From positions 96,001 to 160,000 of the forward strand of contig JBBRAE010000003.1 in the NCBI GenBank assembly GCA_038207085.1: DNA of 64,000 nucleotides. The letters run 5' to 3'. This DNA is from Armatimonadota bacterium (GTDB lineage: Bacteria; Armatimonadota; UBA5829; DTLH01). Each line of letters opens with the position of its first letter. The first letter of the stretch is position 1. The notes beneath the pieces were generated by a model. It was given only the letters and a program-made list of their open reading frames with translations, ran no database searches and had not been told where the DNA came from. Below are positions 42,553-51,733 of this stretch, piece after piece. Both the position numbers and the translations under genes were made by a program.

Positions 42553-44571
42553 ATGAACAAAACTGAGTTCTTGATCATAGACGGAAAAGAAATCGCAATC
42601 GAAGGCGAGCGGAACCTGCTTGAGATCATCCGAAAAGCCGGGATCGATATCCCGACGTTCTGCTATCACTCGGACCTGTCGGTCTACGGCGCGTGCCGGC
42701 TCTGCCTGGTCGACGTGGAAGGGCGCGGCATCGTCACCTCCTGCTCCACGCTTCCTGAGCCGGGTCTGAAAGTAAAGACGAACACGGAAGAGATTCGCGA
42801 GATCAGAAAGATCACAATCGAGCTTCTGCTTGCCAATCACGACAAGAGCTGCCCGACCTGTCCGAAGAGCGCGGCATGCCAGCTTCAGGACCTTGCGCGC
42901 AGGCTCGGGGTCGAGGAGATTCGGTTCAAGCAGACCGCCGAGAAGCAGCCGATTGATCGCACGTCGCCCTCGCTTGTCCGCGACCCGAACAAGTGCGTGC
43001 TCTGCGGCGACTGCGTGCGCGCCTGCCACGAGATTCAGGGTATAGGCGCGATCGACTTCGCGGGCCGCGGCGCCGAAAGCGCGGTTGTCCCGGCGTTCGG
43101 GAAAGACCTGGACAAGGTCGAGTGCGTTTACTGCGGACTCTGCGCGACAGTCTGCCCCACAGGTGCGATCACGCCCAAGAGTGAGGTCGAAGAGGTTTGG
43201 AAGGCGCTCCATGACGATTCAAAGACAGTCGTCGCCCAGATCGCCCCGGCAGTGCGCGTTGCGATAGGCGAGTACTTCGGTATGGAGCCGGGCACGATCA
43301 ACACGGGCCAGATGGCAGCGGCTCTAAAGGCCATGGGGTTTAACCAGGTTTATGACACGTCGTTTGCAGCAGACCTTACCGTGATCGAAGAAGGCACCGA
43401 GTTCATTGCCCGAAAGACCAAGGGAGAGAAGCTGCCGCAGTTCACGAGCTGCTGCCCGGCGTGGGTCAAGTTCGCGGAGCAGTATTATCCTGATCTTCTG
43501 CCGAACCTGTCCTCCTGCCGAAGCCCGCAGCAGATGTTTGGTTCGCTTGCGAAAGACACGCTTCCTGCGAAGCTTGGGGTCGAAAAGAAAGATATTGTCG
43601 TTGTCTCGATCATGCCCTGCACAGCCAAAAAGTTCGAGGCCAAGCGCCCCGAGTTCTCAAAGGACGGCGCGATGGACGTCGATCACGTAATCACCACCCA
43701 GGAGCTTGGGCGGATGATCGAGGAGTCAGGCCTGAAGCTAAACAAGCTTGAGCCTGAGAGCCTTGATATGCCCTTTGGGTTCAAGACCGGGGCTGGGGTC
43801 ATCTTTGGAGCCTCCGGCGGCGTCACCGAGGCAGTATTGCGCTTTGCGGCTGAGAAGATCAGCGGCGTAAAGCTGGATTCGGTCGACTTCAAAGCTGTTC
43901 GCGGCGAGGACGGGATCCGTGAGGCGACGATCAATGTCGCAGGCACTGAGCTTAAGCTCGCGGTAGTCCACGGGCTTGCAAATGCGCGCGTTTTGGCTGA
44001 AAAGGTAAGAGCCGGGCAGTGCGAGTATGACCTGATCGAGGTTATGACGTGCCCCGGCGGGTGCATCGGAGGCGCGGGCCAGCCGGTTTCGCGCGACGCC
44101 GATGTGAAGAAGCTTCGTGCCAGAGGGCTCTATGACTCGGACAAGATGCTCGAGTTCCACAAGAGCCAGGACAACCATATGGTGAGCGAGTGCTACGCCA
44201 AGCACCTCGGCAAGGTCGGCGGCCACAAGGCCCACAACCTGCTGCACACGAGCTATCACAGCCGCAGGCGGATCACCGACTCCGATATCGACCTTGTGAC
44301 GGGTCAGGCCAAGGACAAACTTGAAGTTCGGGTGTGCGTAGGAACGAGCTGTATGGTCAGAGGCTCGCAGACGCTCCTCAAGCAGCTCTTGGCCCACATC
44401 GACGACCAGGACCTGCAGGGTGAGGTTGAAGTCCGCGCGACGTTCTGCTTTGAGCAGTGCGACCGAGGCCCAACTGTCGCCGTAGGCAAAACGGTGATCG
44501 AGAAGTGTTCGTTTGAGAAGGCCATCAAGACGCTTGAGAAGGCTGTCGGCAAGGCGAAGTCGCCCGCGTAA
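42553..44571 (+). CDS. hydA: [FeFe]-hydrogenase catalytic subunit (group A3) with C-terminal thioredoxin-like [2Fe-2S] domain
   Basis: H-cluster motifs FTSCCPAW, MPCTAKKFE, EVMTCPGGCIGGAGQP; N-terminal FeS motifs; C-terminal CVGTSC...CFEQC. Confidence 0.97.
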   Translation: MNKTEFLIIDGKEIAIEGERNLLEIIRKAGIDIPTFCYHSDLSVYGACRLCLVDVEGRGIVTSCSTLPEPGLKVKTNTEEIREIRKITIELLLANHDKSCPTCPKSAACQLQDLARRLGVEEIRFKQTAEKQPIDRTSPSLVRDPNKCVLCGDCVRACHEIQGIGAIDFAGRGAESAVVPAFGKDLDKVECVYCGLCATVCPTGAITPKSEVEEVWKALHDDSKTVVAQIAPAVRVAIGEYFGMEPGTINTGQMAAALKAMGFNQVYDTSFAADLTVIEEGTEFIARKTKGEKLPQFTSCCPAWVKFAEQYYPDLLPNLSSCRSPQQMFGSLAKDTLPAKLGVEKKDIVVVSIMPCTAKKFEAKRPEFSKDGAMDVDHVITTQELGRMIEESGLKLNKLEPESLDMPFGFKTGAGVIFGASGGVTEAVLRFAAEKISGVKLDSVDFKAVRGEDGIREATINVAGTELKLAVVHGLANARVLAEKVRAGQCEYDLIEVMTCPGGCIGGAGQPVSRDADVKKLRARGLYDSDKMLEFHKSQDNHMVSECYAKHLGKVGGHKAHNLLHTSYHSRRRITDSDIDLVTGQAKDKLEVRVCVGTSCMVRGSQTLLKQLLAHIDDQDLQGEVEVRATFCFEQCDRGPTVAVGKTVIEKCSFEKAIKTLEKAVGKAKSPA

Positions 44572-44587
44572 AATTACGATGGGCAAC

Positions 44588-44719
44588 GATGGGCAGGGAG
44601 ATTCCTCCCTGCCCCAAGTTTCGGGGGCATTTGCCCCCAACTACACTATCAAACAAGCAAGAATTGTTGGGGACGGATGTCCCTGAGACGGGCGCCGGGG
44701 AGGAATCTCCCCGGCGATC
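44588..44719. repeat. Inverted pair of 54-nt two-hairpin units with compensatory substitutions
   Basis: 44588-44641 aligns ungapped with the reverse complement of 44666-44719 at 40/54; stem pairs covary. Confidence 0.7.
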
Positions 44720-44737
44720 ATGGCCACTGGAGCAACT

Positions 44738-46525
44738 ATGGGAAACGATTCTCAAACTGGTCAGGTAGTATATACGAACAAGGCGCACTGCCGCGATTGT
44801 TACAGGTGCCTGCGCGTCTGTCCTGTGAAGGCGATCAGGATGAAAGACGGGCAGGCATACGTCGTCAAGGAGCTCTGCATATCCTGCGGCACGTGCATCA
44901 GAGAGTGCCCGCAGGGAGCAAAGGCATTTCGAAACGATCTTGAGAAGGCGATACGCCTCATCGAGTCGGGCGGAAGCGTTGCAGTGAGCATCGCACCGAG
45001 CTTTGCCGCGATATTCTCGGACTGGGAGCAAAAGCGGCTTGCTTCGGCGCTTCGGAAGCTCGGATTCTCACACGTTGCAGAGACCGCGATAGGCGCATAC
45101 CACGTCGCGCACATGACGGGCAAACTCGTTTCGTCCAAGACCGATCAGACCCACATCTGCACCGCATGTCCCGCGATTGTGAGCTATATCGAGCGCTATC
45201 TGCCAGATCACGTCGACACCCTCGTGCCGGTCGCATCGCCCATGATCGCCCACGCGCGGCACATCAAGGCCAAGCTCGGGCAGGATGCCAAAGTCGTCTT
45301 TGTAGGCCCGTGTGTCGCCAAGAAGTCTGAGGCTGAGTGGCCGCAGAACCGGGGAATCGTCGACTGTGTACTTACGTTCCCTGAATTGCTCGAATGGTTC
45401 GAACGCGAAGACTTGAGCCTTGCCGCGTGCGAAGAAAGCGGCTTTGACGAGGAGCCTGAAGGCGCTGCGAGGTTCTTCCCACTTGTTGGGGGCAGCGTGC
45501 GCACGTCCAATCTCGATACAGACCTACTAGCATCAGGCGTCGTCTCGGCAAGCGGGTTTGCCGAGGTATCTGAGCTGCTGGCAAATATATCAAATGCCAG
45601 GCCGATGGTTATCGAGCCGCTTTTCTGCACTCAGGGGTGCGTAAACGGCCCCGCGATGCCGGTTCGTACCAACGTGTTCGAGCGGCGTCGGCACGTGCTC
45701 GACTACGCTGGCACGAACACCGGACGCGAGCCGATAGCCGACTATACCGAAAGTGGGCTTTCCAGGCGATTTAGGGCCAAGCCTATGGAAGAGACCGAGA
45801 TCGACGAAGAGACGATAAGAGAAGTGCTCGAAAAGACAGGCAAAGCCTCGCCCGAGAACCAGCTAAACTGCGGCGCATGCGGCTACCCAACCTGCCGCGA
45901 CAAAGCAATCGCAGTCATACGAGGCATGGCCGAGCTTGAGATGTGCATCCCGTATATGAAGCGACTCGCGGAGCGGCGCACCGACAAGATCATCGAGACA
46001 AGCCCAAACGGCATCGTTATCCTGGACGAGCGGCTTAACATAATCAGCATGAACCCGGCCTTCAGGAACTTCTTTATGTGCTCGGAGGCGGTATCGGGGC
46101 GGCCCATATCGTACCTGATGGACCCCGACCCCTTCGAGCGGCTGGCGTCGGGCAAGGAAGAATTGATCGAGGCGGTCGTGCGCCACACTCGGGGGAACCT
46201 GCTCTGTCACCAGATTCACTACGCGCTCTCCGAGGAAAAGCAGTACGTGGGGATATTTGTGAACATCACCAAATCCCGCGCCGAGAAAGAGAAACTCGAC
46301 ACGCTTCGCGCACAGACCGTCACTCAGGCCAAAGAGTTGCTCGAACACCAGATCAACATGGCCCAAACGATCGCGAAGTTCCTGGGCGAAAGCACCGCAC
46401 GGGGCGAAGACCTGCTTGAGCGACTCATGACAATCGCTGGTGAGGGAAACGAGGCCGCCCCTGAAAAGGGCAAAAGCGGAAGGCTTGGAATGGAATGGAT
46501 AAAGGATACATACACGTCGAAATAG
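44738..46525 (+). CDS. hydS: Sensory [FeFe]-hydrogenase (group C, HydS/HfsB-like) with FeS and PAS domains
   Basis: Two N-terminal [4Fe-4S] motifs; divergent H-cluster motifs CTACPA, GPCVAKKSE, EPLFCTQGCVNGP; NCGACGYPTC; C-terminal PAS. Start at ATG 44738 (GGAG) or 44720. Confidence 0.9.
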   Translation: MGNDSQTGQVVYTNKAHCRDCYRCLRVCPVKAIRMKDGQAYVVKELCISCGTCIRECPQGAKAFRNDLEKAIRLIESGGSVAVSIAPSFAAIFSDWEQKRLASALRKLGFSHVAETAIGAYHVAHMTGKLVSSKTDQTHICTACPAIVSYIERYLPDHVDTLVPVASPMIAHARHIKAKLGQDAKVVFVGPCVAKKSEAEWPQNRGIVDCVLTFPELLEWFEREDLSLAACEESGFDEEPEGAARFFPLVGGSVRTSNLDTDLLASGVVSASGFAEVSELLANISNARPMVIEPLFCTQGCVNGPAMPVRTNVFERRRHVLDYAGTNTGREPIADYTESGLSRRFRAKPMEETEIDEETIREVLEKTGKASPENQLNCGACGYPTCRDKAIAVIRGMAELEMCIPYMKRLAERRTDKIIETSPNGIVILDERLNIISMNPAFRNFFMCSEAVSGRPISYLMDPDPFERLASGKEELIEAVVRHTRGNLLCHQIHYALSEEKQYVGIFVNITKSRAEKEKLDTLRAQTVTQAKELLEHQINMAQTIAKFLGESTARGEDLLERLMTIAGEGNEAAPEKGKSGRLGMEWIKDTYTSK

Positions 46526-47649
46526 ATAAAAGCCAGGTGCCAAAGCACACCGGCGCGCCTAGCGGCGACGTCGTTGCATACGAGCGCACCGTCTCTTTGA
46601 CCACCATCATCGTGGCCGACGGGATGGGCCACGGCATCAAGGCTAACATAGCCGCGCAGCTCTGCGTCGCGCGGATGCTCGAACTGCTGCGCCGCGGCAA
46701 CTCACTTCGTAAAGCCTTCGCGGCGGTCGTCAACACGATGGAGGTTTCCAAGGGCACGGACCTGCCCTACGCCGTATTGACGGCTGTCCGCATACTAAAC
46801 GACGGCGTCGCGACGGTGCTCACATACGAGATGCCAGCGCCGATCTTTGTCACGGCCCGCTACGCGCACGTGTTGACTCAGCGGACGATCACCCTGGACG
46901 GCTCGCTTGTCGGGGAGACCAACTGTCACGTCGCCCCAGGGGAAGGCATCATTGTCGTCTCCGACGGAATCACCCAGGCCGGTCTTGGGATGGGGATGGC
47001 AAACGGCTGGACGATCGAGGGCGTGAGCCAGTTCATAAGTGACGTGATCCACGACGGGGCGAAGCTTAAAAGCCTACCCGGCGCGGTGCTTTCGCGCGCA
47101 TGCCAGATATGGAAGGACGGGCTCGGCGACGATTGCTCGGTCGTGCTCGCATCCTGCCGCGTCGGCAAGACCGTCAACGTCCTCACAGGCCCATCCGCAG
47201 ACCAGCGCCGGGACAAAGAGATCGTCAAGCGGTTTTTGATGCAGGACGGGACCAAGGTCGTAAGTGGCGGCACAACCGCAAGGATCGTCGCAGACTACCT
47301 GGAGCGCCCTATTGGGATCGAGGACAACCCAGACGTGATGCTCGCACCCGCGCGCTACTTCATCGATGGCATCGACCTCGTCACAGAAGGCGCAGTCACG
47401 CTGAACCAGGTATATAACATCTTTGATGAGGATCCCGAAACGTTTGACGAAGTGAGCGGCGTCACCGATCTCGTCAAGCTACTTAAATCTGCCGACCAGG
47501 TCAAACTGACCGTCGGCAACGCTCTAAACCCGGCAAACAGGGACATCAGCTTCAGGCAGCGGGGGATTCTCACCCGCCAGGCGATCATCCCATTGATCAT
47601 CGAGAAGCTTGAGTCCTCCGGGAAACTTGTGGTCGTGGAAAACTGTTAG
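46495..47649 (+). CDS. SpoIIE-like PP2C Ser/Thr phosphatase (HydS-associated)
   Basis: SGD, ADGMGHGIKA, VSDGITQAG, DDCS, GGTTA, DLVTEGAVTL; overlaps the hydS 3' end. Confidence 0.9.
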   Translation: MDKGYIHVEIDKSQVPKHTGAPSGDVVAYERTVSLTTIIVADGMGHGIKANIAAQLCVARMLELLRRGNSLRKAFAAVVNTMEVSKGTDLPYAVLTAVRILNDGVATVLTYEMPAPIFVTARYAHVLTQRTITLDGSLVGETNCHVAPGEGIIVVSDGITQAGLGMGMANGWTIEGVSQFISDVIHDGAKLKSLPGAVLSRACQIWKDGLGDDCSVVLASCRVGKTVNVLTGPSADQRRDKEIVKRFLMQDGTKVVSGGTTARIVADYLERPIGIEDNPDVMLAPARYFIDGIDLVTEGAVTLNQVYNIFDEDPETFDEVSGVTDLVKLLKSADQVKLTVGNALNPANRDISFRQRGILTRQAIIPLIIEKLESSGKLVVVENC

Positions 47650-47755
47650 GTTACAGGTAGCGGGGAGCTGCCGGACATCAGCTCTCTGCTTTCCCGGGTT
47701 CACTTGCAATACCTCCGCCCGGGGTTCCAGGTTCGTTCAAAGCGACCGCTTCCCC

Positions 47756-47785
47756 CTGGAGGGTACTGACACCCGTACCCTCCAG
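47756..47785. terminator. Hairpin between convergent genes
   Basis: CTGGAGGGTAC...GTACCCTCCAG perfect 11-bp stem; a second hairpin lies at about 47659-47690. Confidence 0.6.
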
Positions 47786-47793
47786 CCCTTTGC

Positions 47794-49488
47794 CTAGAGC
47801 CTGTCCCTGCCTATCACGACGATTGCGGCATCGTCCTGGAGCTGGCCCTCGGCGTAGTCTGTGGCTATATTGAGCAAGTCGGAGGCGATATCTTCAACCG
47901 AAGTATCTACGCAGCCGCTGACAAACTCGATCACAGCCTCTTTGCTGAAGAGGTCAGTGCTTGACTTTCGGGCTTCGGTGATGCCATCTGTGAACATCAC
48001 TATTCGGCTCCCTGGATCGAGCCGACAGGTGGACTGCTTGTAAACTGATCCTGAGAGTATCCCCAAGGGCACGCCGGACAGGTCGAGCTCCTCAGTTTTG
48101 CCATCGGGATACAGCAGCACGGGGGACTCGTGACCCGCGTTCGAGTAGGTGAGCACTCCGCTTTGAAGGTCCAGAACCGCGAGAAACGCCGTCAGCATGT
48201 TGTGGTCTTCGTCGGCGCTCCGCGACAGGCTGATATTCGCGATCTCAAGCACCCGCGAAGGTTCGGATTCAACAAATGCGCTGCTTCGAATGGCGTATCT
48301 GGCCTCAGCGACCCTAATCGCCGCAGCAAGGCCTTTGCCCGCAACGTCACCGATCATCACGCATATACGGTCGCCATCGAGCTCGAATATATCGTAGAAA
48401 TCCCCACCAATATTGGACTCTTTCAGGTTCGACCTGTATGCAGTCCCAAAATTGTAACCATTGATGCCTTGCGGAACCGACGATGGAAAGAGCATCTGCT
48501 GCAGAATGCTTGTTATATACCGCTCGTGGCTCAGAAGCTCCTGCTCTTGTTGCTTACGCACCGTAATGTCGCGAATTATGCTCAAGAGAGTTTTCTCACC
48601 GCCGATCTCAGTGCCGCGGGCGTTTACTTCGACGGGGAATGTCGAGCCGTCCTTTCGGCGATGGATCGTCTCAAAAAGGACCCCTTTGAAGTATGCCTCG
48701 GCCATCTGCGGAGCGGCCTGGTCATGGGTTCCGGCTTCACGAATATCTGGGACAGAAAGCGATAGAAGCTCATCCCGGCTGTATCCGTATGCGGAGATAG
48801 CTGCATTGTTAGCCTCGATGATACGTCCGTCGGTCCGCAGAAACAGAATGATGTCGCGCGAGTTCTCGGAAAGCATCCGGTATTTTCTCAGCACTTCCTC
48901 GTCACGCTTGCGCTCAGTTATGTCCTCAATCGTGCCGATGGAATAGAAGGGTTTGCCCTCCGCGTCGAGAACGAGCCTGGCCGTGACACGGCCCCAGATG
49001 ACGCTTCCGTCTTTGCGGATGTAACGCTTCTCCAGAATGCGAAGAGTTACTTTGCCGGAGATGAGATCGGACATGACCATTTTGCTGTCTTCCACCTCTT
49101 CGGGGCAAGTGATGTCGAGGAGACTTCTGCTGTCGAGCTCACCCGGATCGTACCCCAGCATCTGGTGAAAGGCAAGATTGCAGGAGAGCAGCTTCCCCTG
49201 CTCCAAATCGACGATGGCGAGCCCGATCGCGGCGTTGTCAAAAATCGCCTGGGCACACTCGTCGCTTCGCTGAGGCAGAGTAGGACACACGTCGGATGAT
49301 TGCCTGGACAGCAATGCGGGGTCGATGATGACTTTGGCGTAGTCGCTGAGGCGCGGCTGCGCGCTGGCCTTGGCAAGCGAGGCGACCAGGTCGACGCGCG
49401 TGAGCTCGTCAGCAGACAACCCGAGCCCCGGAAGGCTGGAGGCGTCGCCGACCACCAGGATGCGATGACTGCTGTTCCTATCGGCCAT
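47794..49488 (-). CDS. PAS-PAS-SpoIIE (RsbU/RsbP-like) phosphatase
   Basis: Two PAS/PAC domains; GGDFYD, IGDVAGKG, NAGHE, FTDGITE, DDAA; degenerate receiver-like N-terminus. Confidence 0.92.
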   Translation of the reverse strand: MADRNSSHRILVVGDASSLPGLGLSADELTRVDLVASLAKASAQPRLSDYAKVIIDPALLSRQSSDVCPTLPQRSDECAQAIFDNAAIGLAIVDLEQGKLLSCNLAFHQMLGYDPGELDSRSLLDITCPEEVEDSKMVMSDLISGKVTLRILEKRYIRKDGSVIWGRVTARLVLDAEGKPFYSIGTIEDITERKRDEEVLRKYRMLSENSRDIILFLRTDGRIIEANNAAISAYGYSRDELLSLSVPDIREAGTHDQAAPQMAEAYFKGVLFETIHRRKDGSTFPVEVNARGTEIGGEKTLLSIIRDITVRKQQEQELLSHERYITSILQQMLFPSSVPQGINGYNFGTAYRSNLKESNIGGDFYDIFELDGDRICVMIGDVAGKGLAAAIRVAEARYAIRSSAFVESEPSRVLEIANISLSRSADEDHNMLTAFLAVLDLQSGVLTYSNAGHESPVLLYPDGKTEELDLSGVPLGILSGSVYKQSTCRLDPGSRIVMFTDGITEARKSSTDLFSKEAVIEFVSGCVDTSVEDIASDLLNIATDYAEGQLQDDAAIVVIGRDRL

Positions 49489-49553
49489 GTGAATCCACCA
49501 AGTTGCTCATAGCTTATGCCTATACCCCAAGAGCGAACTTACACCGGACACGG

Positions 49554-49593
49554 CCAGTGGAGACAAACCCAGCACTGCAGTCTGTCTCCACTG
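49554..49593. terminator. Stem-loop after the cupin gene
   Basis: CCAGTGGAGACA...TGTCTCCACTGG inverted repeat. Confidence 0.55.
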
Positions 49594-49605
49594 GTTGATA
49601 ATAAT

Positions 49606-50154
49606 CTATCTTGCGTAGTCGTCCTGCACTCGGATGATGTCGCTTTCATCTGAGAGGTTATTCACATCCTCGTGCTGCCATATCTCAGCTACCCGGCCCC
49701 AGGTGTCGAGCGCGCCGCAGAGCCTGTGCATGTGGCCGACGGGGACGCTGATCACCTCTCCGGGGAACATAAGGCTCTCGGTAAGGTGCTCCCTATCCGG
49801 GCCGTGGACTACGAGCACAGGGCCGTCCAGCACCCGCCAGAGCTCTGAGCGCCTGTGATGGAGCTGAAGCGACAGCCTCGCCGCCGGAGCTACGATCAAG
49901 ACCTTGGGGTCGCGCCGCCCATGAGCCGAGCCGGTGTCGAATCCTTCCCAGTAGGCATCGAAGAACTTCGGCAGATCCTCCTCGGAGAACCGCAGAAACC
50001 CGCCCCAGGGCCTGGCAAAGTCCTGATCGGCGATGTTGAGGCCGAAACCCTTCGCCTCTGCAAGAATACGCTTGAAAACAAGACCGCTTTGCGCTTTGTT
50101 TGTAAGATCCATTTCAGTCACCTTCTTTATTGTACTCACAACAGTGTTAGCCAC
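49606..50154 (-). CDS. Cupin, type II mannose-6-phosphate isomerase C-terminal-like
   Basis: RPWGG, RLSLQLHHRRSELW, HRL, ESDIIRVQDDYAR. Confidence 0.8.
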   Translation of the reverse strand: MANTVVSTIKKVTEMDLTNKAQSGLVFKRILAEAKGFGLNIADQDFARPWGGFLRFSEEDLPKFFDAYWEGFDTGSAHGRRDPKVLIVAPAARLSLQLHHRRSELWRVLDGPVLVVHGPDREHLTESLMFPGEVISVPVGHMHRLCGALDTWGRVAEIWQHEDVNNLSDESDIIRVQDDYAR

Positions 50155-50316
50155 CGAGCTATACCCTTCCTCCCTCTATTGACGTTCGCCCGCCCGTGCG
50201 CTAACATGACGTGCAGGGAACAGACCCGGCAATTATATCGTCTTAATATAAGTAGTAACCGACCCGATAATTATAACCAAGAGGCATGCTGCCTCAAGCG
50301 AGAGGTATCGGAAGAA

Positions 50317-51144
50317 ATGTTGTTGAGGTCAATTTCGGTGGGCGCACTTGCGCTGGTTCTTTTGGGATGTCCCGCGATTGCGGACGGCTCACTCACGCTT
50401 GAGCTTGACGCGCCCAGGCTGCAGTCCCCTGCCCCACGGGAGGAAGCTCCCGCGCCGTCGTCCAAACCCAATATCACCACCGTTACCACCCGGGCAACCG
50501 CGCCTAAGACGATCGGACGCGTCGGTCTGGTCTCTGCTGACCGAGCCACCATTTACGGCAGCCGCAGCACCAGCTCCCGGACCTTCTCCGTATGCACCAA
50601 AGACTGTCCACTCGCCCTCACATCGACCTCTGGGTCATGGTTTGGAGTTTTGATGGTCGACGGGAGCACGGGATGGGTGCAGCAGAGCAAGGTGAAACTC
50701 CTCGACTATGGGTTCACTCCACCCAAACCGAGCCGCGGAGCGCTTGCGTCCCGATCATCGAGCACACCCCGCTACGATCAGGCAGGGAACGCGATCATCC
50801 AGACCGCGCTTCAGTATACAGGCGTTCCATACGTCTACGGAGGCAACTCCACGACGAGCGGGATCGACTGCTCGGCGTATGTTAAGATGGTCTTTAGCCA
50901 GTACGGCGTGAATCTGCCGCGCACGGCGCGTGAGCAGGCAAACGTAGGGACTCCCGTTTCAGGGGACGACCTTCAGCCCGGCGACAGACTGTATTTCGCC
51001 TGCAAACACAACTATCCCGACCACTGCGGCATCTATATGGGCAACGGCTACTTCATCCACGCCTCAGCCTCACGCGGTGGCGTAGCTGTAGACAAGCTCT
51101 CTGGCAGGCTCTTCGCCAAGTCGCTTGTCGCGGCGATGCGCTAA
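50317..51144 (+). CDS. Secreted SH3 + NlpC/P60 peptidoglycan endopeptidase
   Basis: Signal peptide from ATG 50317; SH3-like WFGV...GWV; GVPYVYGG, IDCSA, LPRTA, PGD, HCGIYMG, FIHAS. Confidence 0.9.
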   Translation: MLLRSISVGALALVLLGCPAIADGSLTLELDAPRLQSPAPREEAPAPSSKPNITTVTTRATAPKTIGRVGLVSADRATIYGSRSTSSRTFSVCTKDCPLALTSTSGSWFGVLMVDGSTGWVQQSKVKLLDYGFTPPKPSRGALASRSSSTPRYDQAGNAIIQTALQYTGVPYVYGGNSTTSGIDCSAYVKMVFSQYGVNLPRTAREQANVGTPVSGDDLQPGDRLYFACKHNYPDHCGIYMGNGYFIHASASRGGVAVDKLSGRLFAKSLVAAMR

Positions 51145-51364
51145 CTGCCAGCGAACACCCATATGGAACGAATTCCCTTTAATCCTCGTAATATATATAG
51201 CACACGCTGGTAAGCCTTTCCTTTTGGAAAGAGATCTTTCCCCGTCCAAAGAGAGATCAGCTGAACAGCCTCCTGAAAAAACCCCGCGGGCTGCCGCTTG
51301 GCCTGCGGGGTTTCACTTGTACCCCCAGGTTTCGGTTTCCCCGTTGTGTACAATCATTATCTAC

Positions 51365-51733
51365 GTGAGCACCAGACCATGTGATAACCTCGAGTATCGC
51401 AAGGCCCGCACCGGCGACCTTGAGAGAATCGCGCACGTGATGCTCGAAGCGTTCCCGGAAAGCGTCGAGCACTACGTCGGTCGTCGGGTCGAACCCGCCG
51501 TGATGGCCGATGTGTTTGCAATCGCACTTGACGCTGAACCCGAAGCGCTGATGGTCGGGGTGTGCGACGGCGAGATCGCGGGATATATCTACGCGCCCCC
51601 CGACCTGTCCCGGGTCTTCAAATCGGCGATCACGCGCGGTCACTTGCCGAGGATGATTTGGCGCTGGCTGACGGGGCGCTAGTGATGCCCGGATTCTCTC
51701 AGTTGCCGTAGACCCAAGCTTCCAGGGACAGGG
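51365..51733 (+). pseudogene. Disrupted GNAT acetyltransferase
   Basis: GNAT-like N-terminus ends at TAG 51680-51682; the acetyl-CoA motif ILSVAVDPSFQGQG follows in another frame; the C-terminus is absent. Confidence 0.7.

Noticed and set aside
49855..50316. Long N-terminal extensions in ORF-track calls (NlpC/P60, also murE, DegT, coaE, murD, argC)
   Set aside because: They overlap other genes or intergenic elements; downstream starts fit RBS, signal peptide or family N-termini better.
51680..51685. Stop-codon readthrough (Pyl/Sec) at TAG-TGA in the GNAT gene
   Set aside because: The continuing GNAT motif is in a different frame, so deletion or frameshift explains it better.
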